A stretch of DNA of 64,000 nucleotides from an uncultured cyanobacterium (GTDB taxonomy: Bacteria > Cyanobacteriota > Cyanobacteriia > Cyanobacteriales > Cyanobacteriaceae). The stretch spans positions 128,001-192,000 of the forward strand of contig CAVQBA010000005.1 in the NCBI GenBank assembly GCA_963710605.1, given 5' to 3'. The position numbers were made by a program, and so were the translations under genes. The notes beneath the pieces were generated by a model. The model saw only the letters and a list, made by a program, of their open reading frames with translations, made no database searches and was not told the DNA's origin. How positions within the stretch are numbered: position 1 is the stretch's first letter; each line of letters begins with the position of its first letter. Below, one piece after another: positions 55,396 to 64,000 of this stretch.

Positions 55396-56382
55396 TTAAG
55401 TAAGTTTTTTCTTTTTACTATTAAATAATTGGCGAAATTTGTATGGAATCATGAATAATATACTGCCTGGTATTCCCCATTGGCAAAGCAATAACCTTAT
55501 TCTTAAAGAAAGAGTCGGAGTAACTTTGTTAAACCCAGACGTTGCTATAGATTCACATCTATTCGCTAATACACTTTGATTCGCTAGACGTAGTTTACAA
55601 CTTAATTTAGCCATTTTACTAATTAGTAATCTTTTAAGATTAATTGAAATATCTTCCCTATCTAAAATGTGTTTAAGAAAATTTTCTTTACAATAAACAC
55701 TTACTTCTAAAGAATGACCAAAACTTAAATGATCTGAATTACCTCTTCTCAAACTAGCAACTATATCTTTTATTCCTATCGGATTTTTGGCTAAACATAG
55801 TGCTTTTTGTATAAATTCAGTGTCTTGTCCTGATTTTATTCTTCGATCCCATTTTCCCACTTGCTTGAGGAGCGAACGGTGATAAAAAACCCTTAATGTT
55901 ATCACAACAATTTCTCCTTTAATAACATGTTCGATTTGTTTTTTATCTGAGTAACCATAAACAGTTGAAGTTATGGAGTTATCTTCATGATTAAAAATAT
56001 CGTATCCAGTCAAAATCAAGTCTGCTTCATCATTTCCAAACACTTTGTTGACAGTTTCTAAAGCGTGGGGATAAATACGATCGTCTGAATCCAAAAAATA
56101 AATAAAATCACCCGTCGAAGAATCATATCCCTTATTTCTGGCTGAAGCTGCTCCAGAATTGTTTTGATAAATGTAATTGATGATTAATCGATCTGGTTCC
56201 GCATTTTTCGTTTTCCATTCTTGAATAACTTGAGAAGAGTTATCGATCGAACCATCGTCAACAATGACTACTTCAATGGGACGATATGATTGTTGCTTAA
56301 CTGAATTAAGAGTAGCTTCAATTATATTAGCTCTATTATAAACGGGAATAATAATTGAGTATAATTTGTTTGTTGGAGACAT
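55396..56382 (-). CDS. GT2 glycosyltransferase (type A, copy 1)
   Basis: Paralogue; start set at MSPTNK by comparison with the other two copies. Confidence 0.92.
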   Translation of the reverse strand: MSPTNKLYSIIIPVYNRANIIEATLNSVKQQSYRPIEVVIVDDGSIDNSSQVIQEWKTKNAEPDRLIINYIYQNNSGAASARNKGYDSSTGDFIYFLDSDDRIYPHALETVNKVFGNDEADLILTGYDIFNHEDNSITSTVYGYSDKKQIEHVIKGEIVVITLRVFYHRSLLKQVGKWDRRIKSGQDTEFIQKALCLAKNPIGIKDIVASLRRGNSDHLSFGHSLEVSVYCKENFLKHILDREDISINLKRLLISKMAKLSCKLRLANQSVLANRCESIATSGFNKVTPTLSLRIRLLLCQWGIPGSILFMIPYKFRQLFNSKKKKLT

Positions 56383-56828
56383 TTTGACATTATTAATTAT
56401 TAATACTAAAGAACACTTGAATATTCGTATCAATTTTATATTCTATTGTATGTATTATACTTAAAACTGAATAAACTATTGACGGCTAATTTTTAATACC
56501 TTCTCTTACTAAATATGATTATTCTGGGAAAGGGATAAAATGTTTTTATCAAAATAGTACTCCGATTGCATCATTTGATAAAGCGAAGAAAGATTTATCC
56601 TTGCCATTCTTTTTATCTACCGAATATGGCAAACTAGGGCTAATATACATTTAAAGAATCAGAAATCAAGATTAAGTCGGTCTGCATTGATAAATGAAAT
56701 TATCTTTGAACTTAATTCAGATAACAAGTTTACTCTTATCCATAAACAGAACTTTGTTTTTGACCAAAAATAATGAATCAATCTTCACGTTTGAGAAGAA
56801 AAATTATAGATTATCTCTAATTGTGTTT

Positions 56829-58034
56829 TTACTTTAGTAACAAATAATATAAATCTCCTGTCCAATCTACTAATCCTGCTTTGGTTTTAGCTACATCTCC
56901 TGTACCAAAAAATATATCCACTCTTCCTGCCCCTTTAATTGCACTACCTGTATCTTGATCTAATACATAACGACTAACAATTGGTGTCTCTACTTGTGAT
57001 TGCTGATTAATTTGTGGTATTTGGGTGTTGATTAAAGCTAAAGCACCGGGGGGCATAATACTTTTATCAGTAGCGATCGATCTTTCGTCCGTTACAGGCA
57101 CATTAAGGCTACCATAAGCTGGTCTGCCACCTGTTTCTTTAAAAAAGATAAAACGTTTGTTACGGGGTAAATAGATACTTAATTCGGCAGGATGCTCTTC
57201 TAAGTAACGAGTTAAGCGAGGCAAACTCATTTCCTCAGCAGGTACTTTACCATCTTTAATTAATTCTTTGCCTAAACTACTGTAAGGATAATCAGTCGCA
57301 CCATTGTAACCGATTGTCATAATTGTACCATCAGTTAATTCTAGTTTTGCCGAGCCTTGCACTTGGATTAAATATGCCTTGAGACGATCGTTTAACCAAA
57401 CTAATTCATCACCACGTATGGTACTATTAAAACCTAATCCGTCCGTACCTTCTAAATCACGACGAGTAGGGTGAGGTGCTTCCCAAGTTTCAAAATCACT
57501 AGGTTTTCTAAATAAGGGGTAACGATATTCAGCAGTGGGATAACGACTAGCTTTATATACAGGTTGAAAATATCCAGTAAAAGAGACTGTGCCTTGATTG
57601 TCATGCCCGACAGATTGATAAAAAACAAATTCTCTTTCGACGGCTTGTTGTAACTGTTGCGGAGTTTTAGAAGTAAATAATAAAGTGCGAAAACGTCTTA
57701 ATGAAGCAATAACTTTTTCACGACTAAACTCAGTCATCTGATAATCTTGATATGCTTGTTTAGCTTTAGCTGTGTTTAAATAAGTCAAACTATAATCAAT
57801 ACCTTTGATTAATTCTGATTTATCTTTGGTAAATAATTGTTCATCAATAATAGAAACCGAAGGTGTATCAATTCGCTGAAGAGGAAAAGCATCAAGCCGA
57901 ATATTATTAAATACCGTCAAATTGAGACTACAAGCTAATAATGAGCTATATACAATCTGATTAGACTTAAGGTTAAAAAATTGCTTCATATAAGAAGTTA
58001 ATTGGTTATTCATTTTCATCTTCTTTTTGCTCAA
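56829..58034 (-). CDS. mltA: membrane-bound lytic murein transglycosylase A
   Basis: FTGYFQP, IQVQGS, RSIATD, QDTGSAIKGAGRVDIFFG. Confidence 0.93.
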   Translation of the reverse strand: MSKKKMKMNNQLTSYMKQFFNLKSNQIVYSSLLACSLNLTVFNNIRLDAFPLQRIDTPSVSIIDEQLFTKDKSELIKGIDYSLTYLNTAKAKQAYQDYQMTEFSREKVIASLRRFRTLLFTSKTPQQLQQAVEREFVFYQSVGHDNQGTVSFTGYFQPVYKASRYPTAEYRYPLFRKPSDFETWEAPHPTRRDLEGTDGLGFNSTIRGDELVWLNDRLKAYLIQVQGSAKLELTDGTIMTIGYNGATDYPYSSLGKELIKDGKVPAEEMSLPRLTRYLEEHPAELSIYLPRNKRFIFFKETGGRPAYGSLNVPVTDERSIATDKSIMPPGALALINTQIPQINQQSQVETPIVSRYVLDQDTGSAIKGAGRVDIFFGTGDVAKTKAGLVDWTGDLYYLLLK

Positions 58035-58304
58035 CTGTTTTGATTGTATATACTAACGAAAAAAATAGACTCTAAAACAAGGGTAATAGTTTCCTTAGCC
58101 CAATTGATTAATCAAAACAAATTAACAGTAATTGATTAGTTAGTTAAAACATTTAACCGCTTCTAATCCTAACTCTCTAGTAATAAAAAAGAAAGTAATA
58201 AGCATAAAAAATAAACGATCGATTAAATAAATTTAATTCTTCACTATCAGTCATTTTCCTTGATTAGTAAGACAAAAAACGTTAGACTAGTAATATTGCT
58301 TTTA

Positions 58305-58387
58305 GCGGATGTGGCGGAATTGGTATACGCGCACGCTTGAGGGGCGTGTGGTCTTAGACCTTGCGAGTTCGAGTCTCGCCATCCGCA
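58305..58387 (+). tRNA. trnL: tRNA-Leu(GAG), CCA not encoded
   Basis: GCGGATG/CATCCGC acceptor stem, CACGC-TTGAGGG-GCGTG anticodon arm, long variable arm, GTTCGAG T-loop. Confidence 0.96.
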
Positions 58388-58529
58388 TTGTCTATCTTTA
58401 CCAGTTCGTATAGTCTTCAGAGTTTTAAGTAAAGTTAGATAAGCTGAATTGATACATTTTTGATTAGCTTGAAATAATCTACTTTTTAAAATTAAAGTCA
58501 AGTAATATTTTCATTAGCCAATATATTAA

Positions 58530-59103
58530 TCAGTTATCGATCGTTTCCTCAACAATATTACCTGAATCATCGTCAAATCGTTCAATAATTTCTAATAATT
58601 TAGCGACAACTCGATCGTATATTTTTTTACGCTGTAATAGTTTGGGTTTTTGGTTACAGGCATTGAGTACTGTTTCTCGTAAGGGTTCTTTACCTGTAAA
58701 ATGATAGGTATTAATCATCTTATCGATCGCTCGCTTCTTGGTTAAGATTTTCTGTTTGACAAAGTTCTTTTACTGCTTTAATTCGCTCTTGATGCCAAAA
58801 TTCATTAAAAATCTGTTCTAGTTTTTCCTCAGGTTCAATTTGAGGCATACGAGTATTAATAAATTTGGTAATAAGACCTCGTTTTTTTCGTAATTGGCTT
58901 TCTTTATCGAGTAACTTAAGAATAGAGTCTTTTTTCTGCTGATATTCTTGGTTTTTATTCTCGTCTTTACTTTCTTTTTGCAGTTGAGCTAATAGTTTGA
59001 GGATATAAGTTATATTGATTTCATCCCTTTGAATTAATTCTAGTTCAAATTTACCCGAACCTGTAGGATACCAAATATAACCGTGTCTCGGCTTTCTCCA
59101 CAA
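58530..59103 (-). pseudogene. hsdR: type I restriction subunit R remnant (internal deletion plus frameshift near 58730)
   Basis: GYIWYPTGSGK (helicase motif I-like) joined directly to FELELIQRDEINITYILKLL (EcoR124-type C-terminus). Confidence 0.8.
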
Positions 59104-59235
59104 TACAACGCACCAAATCGATCGATTAGTTACACATTAGCAATTCTTACTTCAAAATTGGAAAATAATAATAATAAAAATAAAAACTCTTAATTTGTTA
59201 TAATTTAACTACTAAATTTTGAGACATTAACTCCC

Positions 59236-61545
59236 TTGCAATCTGCTCTTGATTATTTACCAAATATCGCCGATTTACCTTTAATTCTCGCAGGGACAAT
59301 TTTACGCCGTACCGAACCAGATAAGGTCACAGTTTGGTTAGCATTAAAAGAGGCTCGATCGCTTCGCTTAGAAATATACGCTACTAAAGATCGAGGAGCA
59401 ACGATCGATACTGTACTACTAGAAGGTAATACCGATACGATTCAATTAGGCAAACATCTACACGTAGTTACCATAACCGCCTTTGCAAAGAATGATGTTT
59501 TACTTCAACCAGGAGAAATCTATGCTTATAACGTCTATTGTACCGACGATGGTTATAGTTTGATTGACGATACTCGGATTCACAAATATAATTTAAGTTA
59601 CTTTTCTCACCAACTGCCGACTTTTTGCCTACCGCCAGATAATTTAAATAATCTGAAAATCGTTCATGGCTCTTGTCGTAAGCCCCATGGCGGTGGAAAA
59701 GATAGTTTGTCGTGCTTAGATAATCTAATTGATGATTCATTTTGGGATGCCAATAATCGACCCCATCAGCTATTTTTAACAGGAGATCAAATATATGGAG
59801 ACGATGTCGCCGATGCAATTCTCTGGTTAGCACAAGGTGTTAATCAGCTTCTATTTGGTTGGTCAGAAGAATTACCCTTGCTCCTCGGAACAATTCGTGC
59901 TGATGACTTGCCTCCTGGTAAACGGACAGAAATTGCTCGCATTGAAGGCGGATTGACTGCCATGTTAGCAAATTCACCAGAAAAAGCGAAAAGTCATTTA
60001 TTTAGTTTTGGTGAATATGCGGCAGTATATTTATTATCATGGTCGCCAGTATTTACGCCTTCTAGTTTTCCTTCGGGTAAAAGTTTATTTAAAGATAATA
60101 AACAATCTCGCTATTGGGAAGAAGAAATAGAGGAAACAAAGAGTTTTATCCAAGATTTAAGCCGTGCGAGAAGGGCTTTAGCTAATATTCCGACGTACAC
60201 AATTTGTGATGACCACGATGTTAGTGATGATTGGTATCTCAACCGTACATGGTGCGATCGTGTTTTAGGGAAGCCTTTAGGAAAAAGAATCGTACAAAAT
60301 GGCATTTTGGCTTACGCTTTATTTCAGGCTTGGGGAAATACACCTAAAAAATTTGCACCTGGAACAGGAGGTGAAAAATTGCTACAATTAGCTTCTCGCT
60401 GGTTAGTATCCGAAGGTAACGATACACGAGCAAAAACCGAATGCGATCGTTATTTGGGTATTCCTGCTGTCGATAATACCACTAAATTACCCTTATTAGA
60501 AGAAGATGAAGATGTTTTGATTCTTCAACGGGACGATCGAGCCATTCCTTGGTATTATACCGTTTATGGTAGTAAACACCAGGTGGTTGTGGTCGATACT
60601 CGTGCTTGGCGAGGTTATCCTCAGGGTAAAGATGAAGGATTATTACCGCCGATGTTATTGTCTCCTAAGGCATTTAAACAGCAACTAGAAATCCCCTTAA
60701 GTCAAAGCCCATCGCACATCGAAGCTACCTTTGTTGTTTTACCAACTAATCTAGTTACCTTAAAGCTTATCGATCGAGTTCAAGAGTTTGAATTGAGTCG
60801 TAACCGAGTATTCAATACCGATGTAGGAGATTCGTGGAACTTTAATACTTCTGCTTTTGCTCGACTATTAGTTAGTCTTTGTCAACGAAATAGACCAAGA
60901 AATAATAGCGTAAGAGATAATAGCGTCATTATTCTTTCAGGAGATATTCATTATAGTAGTGCGGTACGAATAACTCATTGGTTTCACGACACTTTAGAAA
61001 CTAATGTCTTAGTTCAATTAACTTCGAGTGCGATTAAAAATTCGGAAACTTCAGCTCGCATTGCTCATACTAAATTCAAATCGTTATTTCGAGAAAAAAC
61101 GCAATTTTGGGTAGGATGGGAGCAACCTTTAAAGCTTAAAAAAGTAAACAAGTCTTTGGGGTGGCGAAAAAAAACTGATTTCAACTCTAATCGATCGCTT
61201 CCTGATTGGCAATATCGCATTGAATGGTGTAAAAGACAACCTGCACAGTCATTATCTTGGCAACAGTCTTCTTTTTCAGAAGAAGAGCAAAATAATCTGT
61301 GGCAAAAAACGATCGAGAAGTTAATTAATTGGTTATGGCGTAATCGTTGGTTACAGGAAGGTTCAGAAGTTGTCGGTAGAAATAACCTCAGTTTAGTAAG
61401 GTTTGAATGCTCGACAACCAAAACTGTTATTCAGGAAACTTACTGGCATCCCCCTTGGAATAGTACTAGTACTGTCAAAAGTCGTTATGAAATTTCTCTT
61501 GAGTCAGATGCTTTACCACCTTTAAAGAAAACCGATGTGATATAG
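59236..61545 (+). CDS. PhoD-like metallophosphatase
   Basis: HGSCRKPHG, TGDQIYGDDV, DDHDVSDDW, LSGDIHYS; no evident signal peptide. Confidence 0.85.
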   Translation: MQSALDYLPNIADLPLILAGTILRRTEPDKVTVWLALKEARSLRLEIYATKDRGATIDTVLLEGNTDTIQLGKHLHVVTITAFAKNDVLLQPGEIYAYNVYCTDDGYSLIDDTRIHKYNLSYFSHQLPTFCLPPDNLNNLKIVHGSCRKPHGGGKDSLSCLDNLIDDSFWDANNRPHQLFLTGDQIYGDDVADAILWLAQGVNQLLFGWSEELPLLLGTIRADDLPPGKRTEIARIEGGLTAMLANSPEKAKSHLFSFGEYAAVYLLSWSPVFTPSSFPSGKSLFKDNKQSRYWEEEIEETKSFIQDLSRARRALANIPTYTICDDHDVSDDWYLNRTWCDRVLGKPLGKRIVQNGILAYALFQAWGNTPKKFAPGTGGEKLLQLASRWLVSEGNDTRAKTECDRYLGIPAVDNTTKLPLLEEDEDVLILQRDDRAIPWYYTVYGSKHQVVVVDTRAWRGYPQGKDEGLLPPMLLSPKAFKQQLEIPLSQSPSHIEATFVVLPTNLVTLKLIDRVQEFELSRNRVFNTDVGDSWNFNTSAFARLLVSLCQRNRPRNNSVRDNSVIILSGDIHYSSAVRITHWFHDTLETNVLVQLTSSAIKNSETSARIAHTKFKSLFREKTQFWVGWEQPLKLKKVNKSLGWRKKTDFNSNRSLPDWQYRIEWCKRQPAQSLSWQQSSFSEEEQNNLWQKTIEKLINWLWRNRWLQEGSEVVGRNNLSLVRFECSTTKTVIQETYWHPPWNSTSTVKSRYEISLESDALPPLKKTDVI

Positions 61546-61715
61546 CTAAATGAGTTGTAATCAGGGAATAAAGACAGTTTCAATATTTTGATATTCGTTA
61601 TTAATAATTTGTAAAAATTAAATGGGATTTATTTTGAAATAGTACTATTTAGGTTAGTATGCGATGGAAAAAGTTGGTATTAAGCTATCGATCATTATTA
61701 AGCATTGATATTGTT

Positions 61716-61823
61716 TATAGCGTTTCTCATGGTTATGAAGTACATTTACAATTTACAAGTCCCCCTTGAGAAGGGGGATAGGGGGAGCTTTCTTTGTACT
61801 TCATAATACTAATAATTGCTATA
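61716..61823. repeat. TATAGC...GCTATA palindromic MITE-like repeat
   Basis: TTATGAAGTACA/TGTACTTCATAA perfect IR around TCCCCCTT-GAG-AAGGGGGA hairpin. Confidence 0.8.
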
Positions 61824-62003
61824 TCTCAAAAATAATTTGGTAGTTAAAAATTTTTGAGAATCAGATACAATCAAAAAATAAAAAAACAGATTAAGCATAG
61901 ACTAAATCCCCCAATTTTGGTGGACTTACTAACAGTAACTGTTGCAAATTTTATTTGAACTGATATTAGATACAATCAAAAAACTAAAAATAATAAAATC
62001 ATT

Positions 62004-62228
62004 ATGAGTTACCAAAATATTATTACGATAGAATCGGGAAAGCGAAGTGGAAAACCCTGTATTCGAGGAATGCGTATAACTGTTTACGATATTTTAGAAT
62101 ATTTAGCAGGTGGAATGACAGAAGCAGAAATTCTTGAAGATTTTTCAGAATTAACCCGTGAAGATATTAAGGCTTGTTTGGCTTTTGCGGCGGATAGAGA
62201 GAAAAAATTATTTATTGCATCTTTATGA
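62004..62228 (+). CDS. DUF433 antitoxin
   Basis: GKPCIRGMRITVYDIL..EIL.DF.EL..EDI.ACL.FAA. Confidence 0.92.
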   Translation: MSYQNIITIESGKRSGKPCIRGMRITVYDILEYLAGGMTEAEILEDFSELTREDIKACLAFAADREKKLFIASL

Positions 62229-62557
62229 AATTATTATTAGATGAAAATTTATCAGATCGAATTATTAATAAAATCATTGATTTGTATCCCAATTCTCACC
62301 ACGTCAAAACTTTATCACTCCTCAATACTGATGATTCTCTGATCTGGGAATTTGCCAAATATAATGATTTTGTAATTGTTTCTAAAGACTCTGATTTTCA
62401 CCAACGTAGTTTATTATATGGTCATCCACCAAAGTTTATCTATCTTCGTATTGGTAATAGCCCTACTTCAAAGATTATAGAAATTTTAAGGAGTAATTTT
62501 TTAATTATTATGGAATTTTATAATAGTGAAACAGAAAGTATTCTCATCTTAAGTTAA
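62225..62557 (+). CDS. DUF5615 PIN-like toxin (VapC45-like)
   Basis: MKLLLDENLS, DD..IW, SKDSDF, PPK; ATGA overlap with DUF433. Confidence 0.9.
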   Translation: MKLLLDENLSDRIINKIIDLYPNSHHVKTLSLLNTDDSLIWEFAKYNDFVIVSKDSDFHQRSLLYGHPPKFIYLRIGNSPTSKIIEILRSNFLIIMEFYNSETESILILS

Positions 62558-62654
62558 TTGAGAGCGTTTTTGGGAAGGGCGATCGATCCCTATATAATCT
62601 GGTATATAAAGCAGGAGATAGTTTTCTCAGTTCAGTTTTTATCGCATCAGGATA

Positions 62655-62945
62655 TTATTTTTGTAGTTGTAACCAGTTTTGTCTATTTTGACGATCGATC
62701 GTTATGGTTGTTACTTTTAACTCTATAGCAGTTGCCCTTAATCCTAACTTTTCGTTTTCGACTAAATCTTGTAATTTTTTATGCCACTGTTCGCCATAGC
62801 TAATAATTCGATTCGGTTTATAATTATCTGAGTTGGATGATTCTAAAATAGTTCGACTATAAACCATGCTACAACTACAAGTAAAAGTACCTAAAAGTTT
62901 TTTATTATCCAAACAATGAGTTAAATCTAATTTAATGGTAACAAA
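62655..62945 (-). pseudogene. tnsD: fragment resembling the C-terminal region of Tn7-like TnsD
   Basis: THCLDNKKLLGTFTCSCSMVYSR..RIISYGEQW..KL..L..LGLRATA.EL.V..TI.R. Confidence 0.6.
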
Positions 62946-63132
62946 ACAGAGGAAGTGAGAAAGTTAGATTTGTCTTAATAATGTAATTATTACTACTTTT
63001 TGTCTAGAAAATAATCTTCCTCTTCTATGTTCTGATCAAGATTTTAAACCTTTTGTTAACTACTTAAATTTGATTTTTGCCTAAATCAATTATATAAGTA
63101 AGGCGATGCACCGCCTACCTCTTTTGTTACTA

Positions 63133-64000
63133 TTATCTTTGAATAACTTTTTCTCTTTGGTAAGACAACACCGCTAAATAATAAAATAAAAAAGTAGCCC
63201 ACACTAACCACAGTATATTGATAAAAATGTAACTATTATTTCCATCATTTATTATAGATTCTACTAAGTTTCGATAATGATAAAAAGGCAATAATACTAA
63301 TAAATCTGCTAACCAAGAAAATTTATCGGGAATAGGTATAGGTAATAACCAACAAAAAATGGGAACTAATATTAATGAATATCCTAAAAGAGAATCTGCA
63401 CTTTTTGTTTCGAGAACAAAACCTAATGTAATTCCTAGTAGCCCGAAGGGAATAATGCCAATGATTAATACTAAAATAAGAGCAGATAAATTACTGGTAA
63501 TTTCAATATGTGCTACAGAAGTTATTAAAGAAAAATAAACTACCGTAAAAACTCCACAAATCAGACTAATTGCTGTTAATTTTGCCCCAATATATATGGT
63601 AGGTGCTAATGGGGTTGCTTTGATTAAATTTAACCATTTTTCCGATCGTTCTACCACAATTCTTTTTGCTAATCTATCAATAACAATAGTGAACAAAAAA
63701 ATCCCACAAGTGGCAGTTAATGGTAAACTTAAATCTTCCTTAACAATTTCATTTCCTGATAATTTAAGTAAAAATGGAATTAAAAAAGCAATAAAAAATA
63801 TTCCTAATAAATATAAAGGGGTGCGTAAAATTTGTATTATTTCAAACTTTATTTGTTTGAACAATATCTTTAAATAAGAAGGTGGTTTTACATCATTGAC
63901 AGACTCCAAAGTAGTAATTTCTGTTAATAATGTATCCTCAGAATTTTCAGTTAATTGACTATTGTCTGAGACTTCAGAGTATTTAGTTAAAGTAATAATT
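63133..64000 (-). CDS. ABC-2 type permease; frame stays open past the window edge
   Basis: ER..KW..LIKATPL..YI.AK, IPF..LG..LG; 30 further sense codons upstream of 63909. Confidence 0.8.
   Translation of the reverse strand, partial: IITLTKYSEVSDNSQLTENSEDTLLTEITTLESVNDVKPPSYLKILFKQIKFEIIQILRTPLYLLGIFFIAFLIPFLLKLSGNEIVKEDLSLPLTATCGIFLFTIVIDRLAKRIVVERSEKWLNLIKATPLAPTIYIGAKLTAISLICGVFTVVYFSLITSVAHIEITSNLSALILVLIIGIIPFGLLGITLGFVLETKSADSLLGYSLILVPIFCWLLPIPIPDKFSWLADLLVLLPFYHYRNLVESIINDGNNSYIFINILWLVWATFLFYYLAVLSYQREKVIQR

Noticed and set aside
51832-56382. Diversity-generating retroelement or assembly duplication behind the GT2 repeats
   Set aside because: No reverse transcriptase; differences are not adenine-restricted; copies are too diverged to be an assembly artefact
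56440-56820. Possible degraded coding remnant upstream of the GT2 array
   Set aside because: Short open stretches only; no family recognisable without a search
58247-58501. 84-aa minus-strand ORF
   Set aside because: Antisense shadow of tRNA-Leu
841-63877. Short ORF-track entries overlapping real genes (e.g. 841, 1292, 14687, 43375, 44419, 59468, 61065, 63596)
   Set aside because: Antisense or out-of-frame shadows with no recognisable motifs

Overview
AT-rich cyanobacterial chromosomal segment (dense CGATCG/HIP1 sites, heptamer STRRs, PatA, PEP-CTERM and HpsJ-like genes). Left to right: the left end of an IS605-type element (divergent tnpB/tnpA); housekeeping and regulatory genes (ferredoxin, cbiL-like/cbiM/cbiQ, clpS, ArsR, two PatA paralogues, hisC, glyQ, GH13, a PEP-CTERM AGE-epimerase-like protein, der); a ~35 kb surface-polysaccharide locus (21.3-56.4 kb); then mltA and tRNA-Leu(GAG), followed by a decayed island (internally deleted hsdR, PhoD-like gene, DUF433/DUF5615 TA pair, tnsD fragment). 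The polysaccharide locus has three sulfotransferases, many GT2/GT4, a Wzy-like protein, an ABC flippase, a Wzc with a degenerate Walker A, two initiating transferases, two GNAT/FemAB-like proteins, a radical SAM enzyme and a triplicated GT2 module. The most striking cross-window pattern is that almost every broken reading frame, including essential glyQ and hisC, is broken at a (C)GATC(G) motif. This most likely reflects methylation-linked base-calling error rather than real pseudogenes. All calls come from reading the sequence and motifs by eye; no searches were run.
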